From Candidatus Heimdallarchaeota archaeon (GTDB lineage Archaea > Asgardarchaeota > Heimdallarchaeia > Heimdallarchaeales > Kariarchaeaceae): a stretch of 32,000 bases of DNA. A model generated the notes under the pieces. It searched no databases, was not told the origin of the DNA, and saw only the letters and a list, made by a program, of their open reading frames with translations. The translations under genes were made by a program, and so were the position numbers. Below are positions 8,656 to 18,238 of this stretch, one piece after another; the stretch's first letter is position 1, and every line of letters begins with the position of its first letter. The stretch is from NCBI GenBank assembly GCA_030149205.1, contig JASBSB010000006.1, positions 637,119 through 669,118 of the forward strand, in the 5' to 3' direction.

Positions 8656-9377
8656 TTAAGGGTCTTAACCCACTCTTTGAAGTAGTTATCAAACAGGATA
8701 AGGGAAAGGTCTCTATTTGACCTAAAATCATCTAACTTTTTTACTGAGTATTTAGTTATCATCTTACTGAGATTTTGTTGGAGATTTGATTTTACCAAAT
8801 ATTGAAGGTTATATAATACTGCCAAACCCTCTTTATTGATATTAAATTCTTTAGGCAGTTCTTCATCAGTTACCTCAAAGTAGAAAAAGTTGTTCTTTTT
8901 TCTCAGGCTCTTGGCAATTCCTGTCCATGCTCCACAATAAAATTGTAATTCATTAATTTGAAAGGAAAGGTACTGATCTTGTGATTCAACAGTAATTTCA
9001 CCAAGATTGTTTACAATTGCCAGTCGTAATACTCCTTTCAGGTAGCTGCGAATTAAGTTGTTTTTCGTTAAAATAAATACTGTTACTTCCTTACCAATTA
9101 CAGGCTGAATATTTGCCAAAGTGGTTGAATAATATGATTCAGTTTCCTCACTTATAAGATCAAAATAATCAACCCTCCGGGCTGCCCCCTTTCCATCAAT
9201 CTTTACAACCAGACTATGATCTTTATGTAGAAGGGAAAATGAATGCAACCCTGATCCCTGATCTATTGAATACTTCACATCGGGGTCAGAGTAATCAACA
9301 GATATCTGTTCTGTCTTCTTACATCTTTCACAGTAGACTTGGATGCTTACGATGGACGTAGAAATTTCACCCACCAT
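8652..9377 (-). CDS. Hypothetical protein with N-terminal CxxC...HxDH putative zinc-binding domain
   Basis: VYCERCKK...GLHSFSLLHKDHSLVVKIDGKGAARRV. The rest has no recognisable motif. Convergent 4-nt overlap with the Nip7-like gene. Confidence 0.65.
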   Translation of the reverse strand: MVGEISTSIVSIQVYCERCKKTEQISVDYSDPDVKYSIDQGSGLHSFSLLHKDHSLVVKIDGKGAARRVDYFDLISEETESYYSTTLANIQPVIGKEVTVFILTKNNLIRSYLKGVLRLAIVNNLGEITVESQDQYLSFQINELQFYCGAWTGIAKSLRKKNNFFYFEVTDEELPKEFNINKEGLAVLYNLQYLVKSNLQQNLSKMITKYSVKKLDDFRSNRDLSLILFDNYFKEWVKTLN

Positions 9378-9560
9378 TAAAGGTGTTTTTGTACTTATTA
9401 AATTATTTAGTATTATTTTACTTAATTCAGAAGATAAACTTGTAAGATTAGTGTATAATTCTATATTTTAAATCACAGTTTTCTTTTCTCACGAAAATAG
9501 CTTTGAAAATTTGAGGCAGCACTATTATACACGGTTAATCGAATTTATCTTAGATCATCA

Positions 9561-11315
9561 ATGTTATTAGGAACAACATTTGGATTGTTGTTTGCAATAA
9601 TAACTGGCATCACTTTTGTCGTGTCAGCCTATACAAATTGGTCGCTAACGGTTGGAGCCGTGGTTATAAGTCCAGCAATAATAGGTCTTGTATTAGCAGC
9701 TCTTTTTTTAACCATCCAATTCTTGGTTTCACCATGGATAATGGATCTTCAGTTGTCTTGGCTCTATAAAATTCATTGGGGTAACTTAGAAGTTCTACCT
9801 CCTGAAATGGCTGAAGCACTCCAGGGTGCAATGAATAAACATGGTTTTACCCTGGCAAAGATTGGAATAATTGAGGATGAGACCCCTAATGCTTTTACCT
9901 ATGGAAGATTTACAAAAAACGCAAGAATGGTTTTTACAAGAGGAATAATCACTCTTTTAGACCCTGAAGAGCGTGTTGCAGTTCTTGAACATGAGGTAGG
10001 CCATATAGTCAACAAAGATTTCATCTTTATGACATTGGCCCAAGCAATTCCACTCTTGTTGTATATGACTTATATTACCTCAAGGGAGGCAGGAGCACAG
10101 ATGGCAAGAACATCGGATAATAACACCGCAAAGGGAATTGGTGCTGCATTTATAGGTGTCGCTGTGTTAAGTTTTATTTTTTACTGGTTGTCTGAATATT
10201 TTGTTTACCTCTTATCTCGAACAAGAGAATACCTTGCAGATCATTTCAGTGTTTTTAACACGAACAATCCGAATGCACTCTCCTCTGCTCTCGTGAAAGT
10301 TGCATATGGATTGGTTCTTGCTGATGCAAATATCAAAAGAAGATTGAATGAAACTAAAGGTGATTCAAAGGAAAATAAAAAAGAAATCACACAGATGAAA
10401 CGTAAACAAAACTTTTGGAAGGGAATGAAGGCCATGGGATTGGCTGATTCTAATACTGCAAGTAGCCTCGTAATGCAGGCATATGCTCGTTCACCAGAAG
10501 TTTCAGCCGATGCTGTTGCTGCTGCAGCTACCTGGGATTTAAGTACACCTTGGGCAAAGGTTGTGGAATTAACTAGCACACATCCATTGACCGGAAAGAG
10601 GCTTGTAAATATTGATTCACTTGCAATTGAGCTTAATCTCCCTCAAAAATATCCTGCCTTAGGGTCTGTAAAACCAGAAGAATCTTTGTGGGATGATTTT
10701 CTAATTGATATCTTTGTAATGTTTGCATCCTCGATTCTCTCATTAATTTTACTAGCAGGGATAGGAGCATTATCAACATTCTTCACCATTGGAAACCCAT
10801 TCATTGGAGCAGGCGTGGGTGTGATTATTTTTACATTCCTGTACTATTGGAAGACGAACCTAACCTACCCTAACCTGAAAAATTGGGATAACCCTTCTGT
10901 CTCCAAGAACACTGTCTTTGAGGCTGTTAGTTCAGTAGAAAGAGATGGATACATAAAAGCGTCACCAGTGAGATCTAAACCAATTGTCCTTGAAGGAGTA
11001 ATTATTGGAAAAGGAAATCCTGGGTATATGTTTTCTGAGGATTTTGTTATCCGTGATGAATCTGGCATTATGAAACTTGACATACGATCGATTTTAGGAG
11101 GACTTGGTAATTTTATCAGCTCATTCAAAGTTGGATCATACATCGAGCAGAAAGCCAGAGTAGTAGGATGGTACCAGAGATCCATGATGCCTTATGTTAT
11201 AGTCAACAAAGTCTACCTAGAGGATGGAAGAGTTGTTAAAATAAGACAAAGAGGATTACATCAATTCTATGTAGGATTATTACTCGCAATTGGCTTAGTT
11301 TTATTAGTATTATAA
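9561..11315 (+). CDS. htpX: HtpX-family (M48) membrane zinc metalloprotease, long form with C-terminal OB-fold-like extension
   Basis: PNAFTYG, zinc motif HEVGH, SRTREYLAD, ALSSALVK, STHPLTGKRL. Extra TM helices and a beta-rich C-terminal domain (IVLEGVIIG...DFVIRDESGIMKL...RVVGWYQR). Confidence 0.85.
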   Translation: MLLGTTFGLLFAIITGITFVVSAYTNWSLTVGAVVISPAIIGLVLAALFLTIQFLVSPWIMDLQLSWLYKIHWGNLEVLPPEMAEALQGAMNKHGFTLAKIGIIEDETPNAFTYGRFTKNARMVFTRGIITLLDPEERVAVLEHEVGHIVNKDFIFMTLAQAIPLLLYMTYITSREAGAQMARTSDNNTAKGIGAAFIGVAVLSFIFYWLSEYFVYLLSRTREYLADHFSVFNTNNPNALSSALVKVAYGLVLADANIKRRLNETKGDSKENKKEITQMKRKQNFWKGMKAMGLADSNTASSLVMQAYARSPEVSADAVAAAATWDLSTPWAKVVELTSTHPLTGKRLVNIDSLAIELNLPQKYPALGSVKPEESLWDDFLIDIFVMFASSILSLILLAGIGALSTFFTIGNPFIGAGVGVIIFTFLYYWKTNLTYPNLKNWDNPSVSKNTVFEAVSSVERDGYIKASPVRSKPIVLEGVIIGKGNPGYMFSEDFVIRDESGIMKLDIRSILGGLGNFISSFKVGSYIEQKARVVGWYQRSMMPYVIVNKVYLEDGRVVKIRQRGLHQFYVGLLLAIGLVLLVL

Positions 11316-11389
11316 ATTTGTTTACAATAAAATTATTCAAAAAAAAATGGTTCAATTATTAAGGAAAAAGGGAAAAAACATCATTCGGA

Positions 11390-11959
11390 TTAGTTTTTAA
11401 CTAATCTTCCCTGTAAATAGAAATCGACATAAGAACCAATTTCAATAGAGGGAAGTGTTTCATCTGGAATAATATTTTTTAGTATAACAGAATACAGTAT
11501 TGAACCAAGGAGAGATAAAATTGTTCGAAATGGTAACTCTTTCTTTAAAACACCAGTATTTTGGTACTTCGATATTATCTTTGAAAAGTGAGTGAAATAT
11601 GTTAGTGGTTCCTGTAATAATTCTTTTAAATTTGGATTATGAGAGATTTCTAAAAAAATATGAAAGAAAAAATATCCAAATTTAATAGCAGATTTCTGAT
11701 AAACCAAAACTATGTTTGTCAGATCCTTCTTGACATCTCCAGAGTAATCTGGTAATTTACTAAAATGAGAATTTTTCACTGCATAAGAAATTGATTGTTT
11801 GACTAATTGGGTCTTGCTCCCAAATCTGCGAAACAGAGTGACTTCACTGATATTTGCAGATTTTGCAATTTTTTTAGTGGTTGCACCCTGATACCCACTT
11901 AATCCTATCAATTTGATAACAGAGTTAAAAACTGCTTCATCCTTAACTATTTTTGGCAC
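11390..11959 (-). CDS. TetR/AcrR-family transcriptional regulator
   Basis: N-terminal HTH GYQGATTKKIAKSANISEVTLFRRFGSKTQL; 189 aa; GTG start; divergent from the GAP/dikinase operon. Confidence 0.92.
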   Translation of the reverse strand: MPKIVKDEAVFNSVIKLIGLSGYQGATTKKIAKSANISEVTLFRRFGSKTQLVKQSISYAVKNSHFSKLPDYSGDVKKDLTNIVLVYQKSAIKFGYFFFHIFLEISHNPNLKELLQEPLTYFTHFSKIISKYQNTGVLKKELPFRTILSLLGSILYSVILKNIIPDETLPSIEIGSYVDFYLQGRLVKN

Positions 11960-11992
11960 TACCTAAACAATTGAGCGATCATTGATATAGGT

Positions 11993-12022
11993 TTTTGTTA
12001 ATGCAAGTACATGCTAACAAAA
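11993..12022. promoter_or_regulatory. Inverted repeat 1 in the tetR/gap intergenic region (candidate operator)
   Basis: TTTTGTTA(11993-12000)-ATGCAAGTACATGC-TAACAAAA(12015-12022): perfect 8-bp arms; the spacer resembles the core of the second palindrome. Confidence 0.5.
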
Positions 12023-12038
12023 GATTTTTATTTAGTTA

Positions 12039-12058
12039 ATGTAAGTAAGTACTTACAT
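12039..12058. promoter_or_regulatory. Inverted repeat 2, candidate TetR operator
   Basis: ATGTAAGT(12039-12046)-AAGT-ACTTACAT(12051-12058): perfect 8-4-8 palindrome immediately upstream of the GGAGG Shine-Dalgarno (12062-12066) of the gap-like gene. Confidence 0.7.
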
Positions 12059-12073
12059 AAAGGAGGATATTAA

Positions 12074-12745
12074 TTGGTAAATAGTCTAATTTTGCAATCC
12101 ATCGGATTAGCATTCACAGGGTTGGTTTCATTGGGGTCAATAACAATTGTTCTTCTGCTCATACTCTCTAAGGATGGTTTTTACAAGGGTCTCGGGTACA
12201 CCTTGGGTTATTTTTTAGGATATGTGTTAATTGGAAACATTTTGATCGTTTTAAGTCTGTTTCTTCCTGTAAATTTTACTAATCAAGTAAATTCGACTAT
12301 ACCCATATTCTTGTTGGCTCTAGGAACACTTCTTCTATTCTTAGGATTAAGAAATTTGAGAAGAGGGCCAAAGACATCTAAAGAGAACAAAGGATTTCTT
12401 TCTTCCTTAGATGGATTTAATTCTAGAAAGTCTTTCATGTTAGGAGCTGCAATCACTGTGATCAATGTTAAAAACCTTGCACTTTATATGACAGCAATGT
12501 CTGGGATAATCCTAGTTCAGGTTGATATACTTGACAAAATTTTACTAACATTCCTCATTTCAATCATCTTTTGTATTGGTGTGTTTTTTCCAGTATTGAT
12601 CTATCTAATGTTTCCAGAAAGTTCTGAAGTTAAACTTACTAGCTTTAAGGCATATTTAGATACACATAGTCACAAACTATCTATTTACCTTCCAATCTTC
12701 TTCTCTTTCTTGCTTATATTTAAAGGAGTTACAGATCTACTATGA
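12074..12745 (+). CDS. GAP/Sap-family (LysE translocator superfamily) integral membrane export protein
   Basis: 223 aa, ~6 TM helices, N-terminal SLGSITIVLLLILS, central INVKNLAL (NPKN-like) motif. TTG start with SD GGAGG. ATGA overlap with the next gene. Confidence 0.7.
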   Translation: MVNSLILQSIGLAFTGLVSLGSITIVLLLILSKDGFYKGLGYTLGYFLGYVLIGNILIVLSLFLPVNFTNQVNSTIPIFLLALGTLLLFLGLRNLRRGPKTSKENKGFLSSLDGFNSRKSFMLGAAITVINVKNLALYMTAMSGIILVQVDILDKILLTFLISIIFCIGVFFPVLIYLMFPESSEVKLTSFKAYLDTHSHKLSIYLPIFFSFLLIFKGVTDLL

Positions 12746-15408
12746 CAACAAAGTTACCATTAGTTTTAGATTTCGACCAAATCAGGTCAAAAGATTTACC
12801 ACTCGTAGGTGGAAAAGGAGCAAATTTGGGAGAAATGACTTACGCGGGATTTCCTGTTCCACCGGGTTTCTGCATAACAACCCTAGCTTACGATAATTTC
12901 ATAGCAACCTCTGATCAATCCACTAGGATCTTTGATATTCTTAGTGACCTCTCTGTAGATAATTTAGATAAAATTAGAGAGGCAGGAAAAGAGGTTCGTG
13001 ATTTGCTTAATATGGCATCATTTAGAGAAGAATTGCAATCTCCATTGCTAGAAGCCTGGAGGAGGTTAGGTTCTGAGCAAGTTTATGCCATACGATCAAG
13101 TGCAACAGCAGAGGATCTCCCAAATGCATCATTTGCAGGACAACAAGATACGTACCTAAATGTCATTGGTCAAGAACAGTTTTTGGAGTCAGTTAAAAAA
13201 TGCTGGATATCTTTATTTACAGATAGAGCAATACTTTATCGAATAAAAAACAATTTTCCCCATGATAAGGTCAAATTAAGTGTGGTTGTACAAAAGATGA
13301 TAAAATCCGAAAGATCGGGGATAATGTTCACTGCAAACCCTGTGACGGGGCATCGTCACACAATTCTGATTAATGCTAGCTATGGGCTTGGAGAAGCACT
13401 TGTGAGTGGTTTGGTTAATCCGGATACTTACGAGTTTGATAAAAGAAAAACTCAGATTGTTGATGTGAAAATTTCCGACAAGAAGATTGGAATCTACCCC
13501 CTTAAAGATGGGGGAACGAAAGAGGTAGAACTATCTGAGGAGTTGCGAAACAAGCAGGTGTTATCTGATGAGGAAATATTACAACTGGGATTGCTTGGTG
13601 TAAAAATAGAAGAATATTATAAGTCCCCCCAGGACATTGAATGGGCATCTGAATCGCAAAATTTGTACATTGTACAATCTAGGCCGATCACATCCCTATA
13701 TCCTATAGATGGGTTAAAATACCCTGAAGGCACTCTGGGGATATTTTTTAGCTTTGGACATCAGCAAAACATGCTCCGAGCCATGACCCCAATGAGTTTG
13801 TCTTCAATCACCACCTTTCTTCCAGTGGGTCATACTGAAAGCAAATATGAATCAGATTATGTCAGAATTAGTGGAGATAGGGCATTTTTAGATATAACAA
13901 CAATGCTTAGACACCGAATTTTAAAGAAGATTGTATTGAGGGTGACTGGGCAAATGGATGCATTAGCCCCAAAATCTATCCAGATTCTTATGAAAAGACC
14001 AGAATTTAAAAAATCTCCTCGAGCAAAAATTCCAATTTCTACAGCCTTTCGAGGAATAAAACTTATCTTAAGAGTGGTCAACGATATTTTCAGGAAAAAC
14101 CTCTCAGGGTTTGTTGATAAAACCAATAGGGATATAGACATATTCCTCGATGAAGTTAGAGAAGAGATGAAAGGCTTACAGCCAGATATTAACCTTCTAA
14201 ATTTGTGTGAGCAATATTTACAGAAAACACCCTCTTTCATGTTGAATTTTGTTCCTGAAGCATTTGCTGGGATTGCGTCAACTAAGATCCTTGAGGGATA
14301 TAGCAGGAAATGGTTAGATGACGCTACAGCAGGAAATATCAGTCTTGGGATAAGGGGTAATGTGGTTAATGAAATGAATTATGCAATTGGAGATCTTGCT
14401 GATTTGCTTCGTGAATCACCCGAACTTTCGCGTTCAATTGAGACCCTCAATAATGACCCTTTTGATTGGTTAAATTCATTAGAATCCATCCAAGGAGGTC
14501 ATGAGTTTCTAAATGCATGGCAAGAATTTATAGAAAGCTATGGTGCTCGTGGCCCTTCTGAACTAGATATATATAAGCCTAGATGGTGGGAAGATCCTCT
14601 TCCAGTATTGAATGTGATTCGAGAATATATGAAAAAAGAGAAGGGAAGCCACAGAAAACAGGAAGCAGAATTTATTCAATTACGAGAACAGGCATTTGAT
14701 GAATTACTACTAAAAGCATCTAAGGGAATTCGAGGGAGATTTCGAAGAAGAAGGTATAGAAGACTCTATTTTGTAATGACTGAGGTTGGAGGAATGAGGG
14801 AACACCATAAATTTATGATGATCCGTTTAATTTCGTTAGTGAAAAAATCACTTCTTCGAATTGGAAATAGCCTTGTAGAATCAGGAAAATTAAAGGAAAT
14901 CGACGATCTTTGGTTTTTAAAATGGGGAGAATTGGTTCAGGTACTTGAAGGTTCAACTATTGATCGAAATGAAGAAATTAAGCAGAGAAAAATAGATTAC
15001 AACAGGTATCAAAGCTTGATTCCACCAGCTATCATTAGTAGTGACGGAGAATCACCAGAAGTTAACTATGAAATTGCAGATGCCCCTGAAGGTGCATTAC
15101 TTGGAAATCCTGTTTCTGGAGGAGTAATTGAAGGGATAGCTCACGTCATTAGAGATCCAACAACAGAATCACTGAAAATGGATGAGGTTTTGGTTGCTGA
15201 ATTCACCGACCCGGGTTGGACTCCATTATTTATCAATGCAAAAGGTTTGATACTTGAAATTGGTGGTGCTTTAACCCACGGTGCCGTAGTTGCAAGGGAG
15301 TATGGCATACCTGCTGTAGTAGGTGTAAAGAATGCAACGTCCCTCATTAAAACAGGACAAAAGGTTCGAGTGGATGGAAATACAGGAATAGTTGAAATTT
15401 TGGAATAA
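12742..15408 (+). CDS. Rifampin phosphotransferase (RPH)-like PEP-utilizing dikinase
   Basis: N-terminal ATP-grasp domain (VGGKGANLG, AIRSSATAEDLPNASFAGQQDTYLN, PQDIEW, VQSRPIT), central substrate domain with SFGHQQNM and GMREHHKF, C-terminal swivel phospho-His domain GGALTHGAVVAREYGIPAVVG (His846). It lacks the pyruvate-binding TIM barrel of true PEP synthase. Confidence 0.85.
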   Translation: MTTKLPLVLDFDQIRSKDLPLVGGKGANLGEMTYAGFPVPPGFCITTLAYDNFIATSDQSTRIFDILSDLSVDNLDKIREAGKEVRDLLNMASFREELQSPLLEAWRRLGSEQVYAIRSSATAEDLPNASFAGQQDTYLNVIGQEQFLESVKKCWISLFTDRAILYRIKNNFPHDKVKLSVVVQKMIKSERSGIMFTANPVTGHRHTILINASYGLGEALVSGLVNPDTYEFDKRKTQIVDVKISDKKIGIYPLKDGGTKEVELSEELRNKQVLSDEEILQLGLLGVKIEEYYKSPQDIEWASESQNLYIVQSRPITSLYPIDGLKYPEGTLGIFFSFGHQQNMLRAMTPMSLSSITTFLPVGHTESKYESDYVRISGDRAFLDITTMLRHRILKKIVLRVTGQMDALAPKSIQILMKRPEFKKSPRAKIPISTAFRGIKLILRVVNDIFRKNLSGFVDKTNRDIDIFLDEVREEMKGLQPDINLLNLCEQYLQKTPSFMLNFVPEAFAGIASTKILEGYSRKWLDDATAGNISLGIRGNVVNEMNYAIGDLADLLRESPELSRSIETLNNDPFDWLNSLESIQGGHEFLNAWQEFIESYGARGPSELDIYKPRWWEDPLPVLNVIREYMKKEKGSHRKQEAEFIQLREQAFDELLLKASKGIRGRFRRRRYRRLYFVMTEVGGMREHHKFMMIRLISLVKKSLLRIGNSLVESGKLKEIDDLWFLKWGELVQVLEGSTIDRNEEIKQRKIDYNRYQSLIPPAIISSDGESPEVNYEIADAPEGALLGNPVSGGVIEGIAHVIRDPTTESLKMDEVLVAEFTDPGWTPLFINAKGLILEIGGALTHGAVVAREYGIPAVVGVKNATSLIKTGQKVRVDGNTGIVEILE

Positions 15409-15549
15409 GGGGTTAACACTTGCTGTTTGCATTAGGGACATATTCAAAAATAAAATTACATTGTGGTTAGGTCCGAATTCAAACAAAACAGGTGCAAATT
15501 CACAGTTTATTCCAAATAGACATTTAATCATTTTGCCTGAGTTGAACTT

Positions 15550-17808
15550 ATGGGCAAGTTTGTGGATTTTCTAATGAACCTCAGCCAAAAATGGATTTTC
15601 TGGAAAATACAGGTCAAAGTTCAATACTGGTTGAATACTCCACTTAAAATCAGATGGTGGGAGGAACTTAAACTCAAAGGTCCTATTAAAATAAATTCAA
15701 ATGAGACTATAGAATTTAGAGATGGAACAGTTTTATCTACAGTCTACAAACAGGATGTACTAAAATTACAATTGTCAAAGACAGAAAATCCACCTTTGTT
15801 AGTCTATTCATTTTTGGAAACGTTAAATCTCGCTGAAATCAAACACAATTCTGTTTCACAAATATTTAAGGAGGAAAGAAAGGGTAGAGACTTAAAATTT
15901 GAAATACAACAGACAGAGGAACAAATTCTTCTAGTAAACAGATATCAATCAATAAACTTGAGAATAGAAAAAACCAATAGATACACCAAGCTGATCTTTT
16001 CATTTGATTTCAATAGGGTATTTGGTTTAGGAGACAAAATACAAGATTTAAAAAGAAAGGGGGAATTTACCTTTTGGAACCTTGATAATCCACACTATAA
16101 TGACATGACAGATAACCTTTACCAAAGCCACCCTAATGCTATTATTCAATCACCTGAGACATGGATAAATCTCATTGTTGATTACCCTGGCTATCAAAAG
16201 TGGACAATTAACTCTGACAGTATTCAAATTATCATTCAATCAAGAGATTTCACAGTCTATCTTTCAGCTGCTCTGGAACTGAAATCCCTGTACCAAAAAA
16301 TGACAACTATTGTTGGAACATTTGATTTACCACCAGTATGGGCAATAGGTTATCAACAGTCCCGCTGGAGCTATCCAGATCATAACAGTATTGTCGAACT
16401 TGATAAAAAATTTGAAGAACACAATATTCCTTGTGATGTATTTTATCTCGATATTGATTATATGGATAGTTATAAATGCTTTACCATAAACAGAGACAAT
16501 TTTCCGGACTTAAGAAACCTGTCCCTAAAAATAGAACCGAGAAAGATTGTGACGATAATTGATCCTGGAATTAAGAAAGAAGAGGGGTATGAGATATATG
16601 AAACAGGTGTTTCAAAGGGATACTTCCTCAGACAAAAGAAGGATGGATACTATTCTGGGGTGGTATGGCCTGGAATTTGTAACTTTCCAGATTTTTTGGA
16701 CGATGGATTACTTGATTGGTGGTTTAATAATAATTTAATTTTACTTAATCAAGGAGTAGCAGGAATTTGGAACGATATGAATGAACCATCCATATTCTCA
16801 ATGAGAAGAACTTTCCCTAGCGATGTATCTCATACAGTGAAAAACATCTCCCACCAAAAGGTTCACAACATCTATGGATTGATGATGTCGAGGGCAACCA
16901 ACCTTGCTATAAGGAAAGCAAGTAAGAATCGTCCATTTGTGCTTACTCGATCATCATACCTTGGAGGGCAGAATTTTGCATGGATGTGGACTGGGGACAA
17001 CTCTTCATCATGGGATCACCTGAGATGGAGTGTCAAACAAATCATCTCAATGAATTTAACTGGTTACGTGTTATGTGGGGCAGATGTTGGTGGGTTTTCA
17101 GGAAATTGTAATTCAAAGCTTCTTCAAAGATGGACACAGCTTGGTGTTTTCTACCCGTTCTTTAGAAATCATTCAGCTCTTGGAACAATTGCACAAGAAC
17201 CTTGGAAGTTTGATAATACAACCCTCCAAATAACTAAAAAAGCAATAGAACTAAGATATGAACTGGCTTTTTACATTTACACCTGTTTTTATCTGGCTCA
17301 ACTAGGAGTTGAACCTATCATTCAGCCATTATTTATGCAGTATTCGACCACAGAATGTTTTGACCCTGAATTTTGTGAAACACAGTTTTTCTTCGGTTCT
17401 AACCTGTTAATTACTCCATTATTGAGTGATGAAAACAATAGAAGGGTGTACTTACCTCCAGGAATGTGGTATGATTATTATACTGGACAAAAACTTGAAG
17501 GTGGACAAATTATGGATATAACTGTTCAGGATGATCAAATTCCAATTTATATAAGGGAAAACACTGTATTACCTATTTCAACTAATATTGGAAGAACCAT
17601 GGAAGAGACATTGAAAAATGATTTTACAATTAGATTGTTTGGTAACAATCCTAAAGGAATGATATATTTTGATGGACTGAATCATCAAAACCTTTCTGAG
17701 TATTGCCTTGTTCAGTTTAAGAACCTCGAGTTTGAATTACTGAACTTTGGATTCACATTAAACAAAACTGGAGAAAATAGTTTCAAATTTGAAAAATCCA
17801 AAAATTGA
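15550..17808 (+). CDS. Glycoside hydrolase family 31 alpha-glucosidase-like enzyme
   Basis: GYQQSRWSY, YLDIDYMD, nucleophile motif GIWNDMNEP, HNIYGLMM, WTGDN acid/base motif, GADVGGF, RWTQLG..YPFFRNH. Confidence 0.92.
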   Translation: MGKFVDFLMNLSQKWIFWKIQVKVQYWLNTPLKIRWWEELKLKGPIKINSNETIEFRDGTVLSTVYKQDVLKLQLSKTENPPLLVYSFLETLNLAEIKHNSVSQIFKEERKGRDLKFEIQQTEEQILLVNRYQSINLRIEKTNRYTKLIFSFDFNRVFGLGDKIQDLKRKGEFTFWNLDNPHYNDMTDNLYQSHPNAIIQSPETWINLIVDYPGYQKWTINSDSIQIIIQSRDFTVYLSAALELKSLYQKMTTIVGTFDLPPVWAIGYQQSRWSYPDHNSIVELDKKFEEHNIPCDVFYLDIDYMDSYKCFTINRDNFPDLRNLSLKIEPRKIVTIIDPGIKKEEGYEIYETGVSKGYFLRQKKDGYYSGVVWPGICNFPDFLDDGLLDWWFNNNLILLNQGVAGIWNDMNEPSIFSMRRTFPSDVSHTVKNISHQKVHNIYGLMMSRATNLAIRKASKNRPFVLTRSSYLGGQNFAWMWTGDNSSSWDHLRWSVKQIISMNLTGYVLCGADVGGFSGNCNSKLLQRWTQLGVFYPFFRNHSALGTIAQEPWKFDNTTLQITKKAIELRYELAFYIYTCFYLAQLGVEPIIQPLFMQYSTTECFDPEFCETQFFFGSNLLITPLLSDENNRRVYLPPGMWYDYYTGQKLEGGQIMDITVQDDQIPIYIRENTVLPISTNIGRTMEETLKNDFTIRLFGNNPKGMIYFDGLNHQNLSEYCLVQFKNLEFELLNFGFTLNKTGENSFKFEKSKN

Positions 17809-18238
17809 CTCACTGATACACAGAAAACAACAAAGGTATTATTTCATAAAATTAGTTTTCAATCGGTTTAAGATGAAATACAGGAATTGAAGAAATTGAA
17901 TGAAACAAAGAACAATATTTCAATGGATTAAACTTAATTAACTCTGGTATGTTAAATACACCATCTGGGAAACAAGAATATGCATAAGATTTTAAGAAAA
18001 GATTCAGTCATTTTTTATAATTTTTTAAAACTTATTTAAATTGAAGAAATAACATATCACCTAAGGGCTATCAATTTTGGTCAATCTGACCATTTAAAAT
18101 AGACAGTTGCTATACTTAATAATTTTTAGTTAATTTTATTATATTTCCTATAAATTAAGAAATTAAGGAAATTAAATTTAGTCCACAATTTAATATAAAT
18201 AGAAATGTTATATAAGTATCATAGCCTTAAGTAGTATA

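Noticed and set aside
12742-15408. Annotation as phosphoenolpyruvate synthase (ppsA)
   Set aside because: The domain order differs (His domain is C-terminal) and the pyruvate-binding barrel is missing.
15271-15574. ORFs 15271-15531(-) and 15392-15574(+) bridging the dikinase-GH31 gap
   Set aside because: Both overlap neighbouring real genes and lack motifs or convincing start signals.
17809-18238. Possible ncRNA or gene remnant (DEIQELKKLNETKNN-like frame; TGGTCA-ATC-TGACCA at 18079-18093)
   Set aside because: The open frame is too short and has no start; the palindrome has only 6-bp arms; no stable structure is evident.
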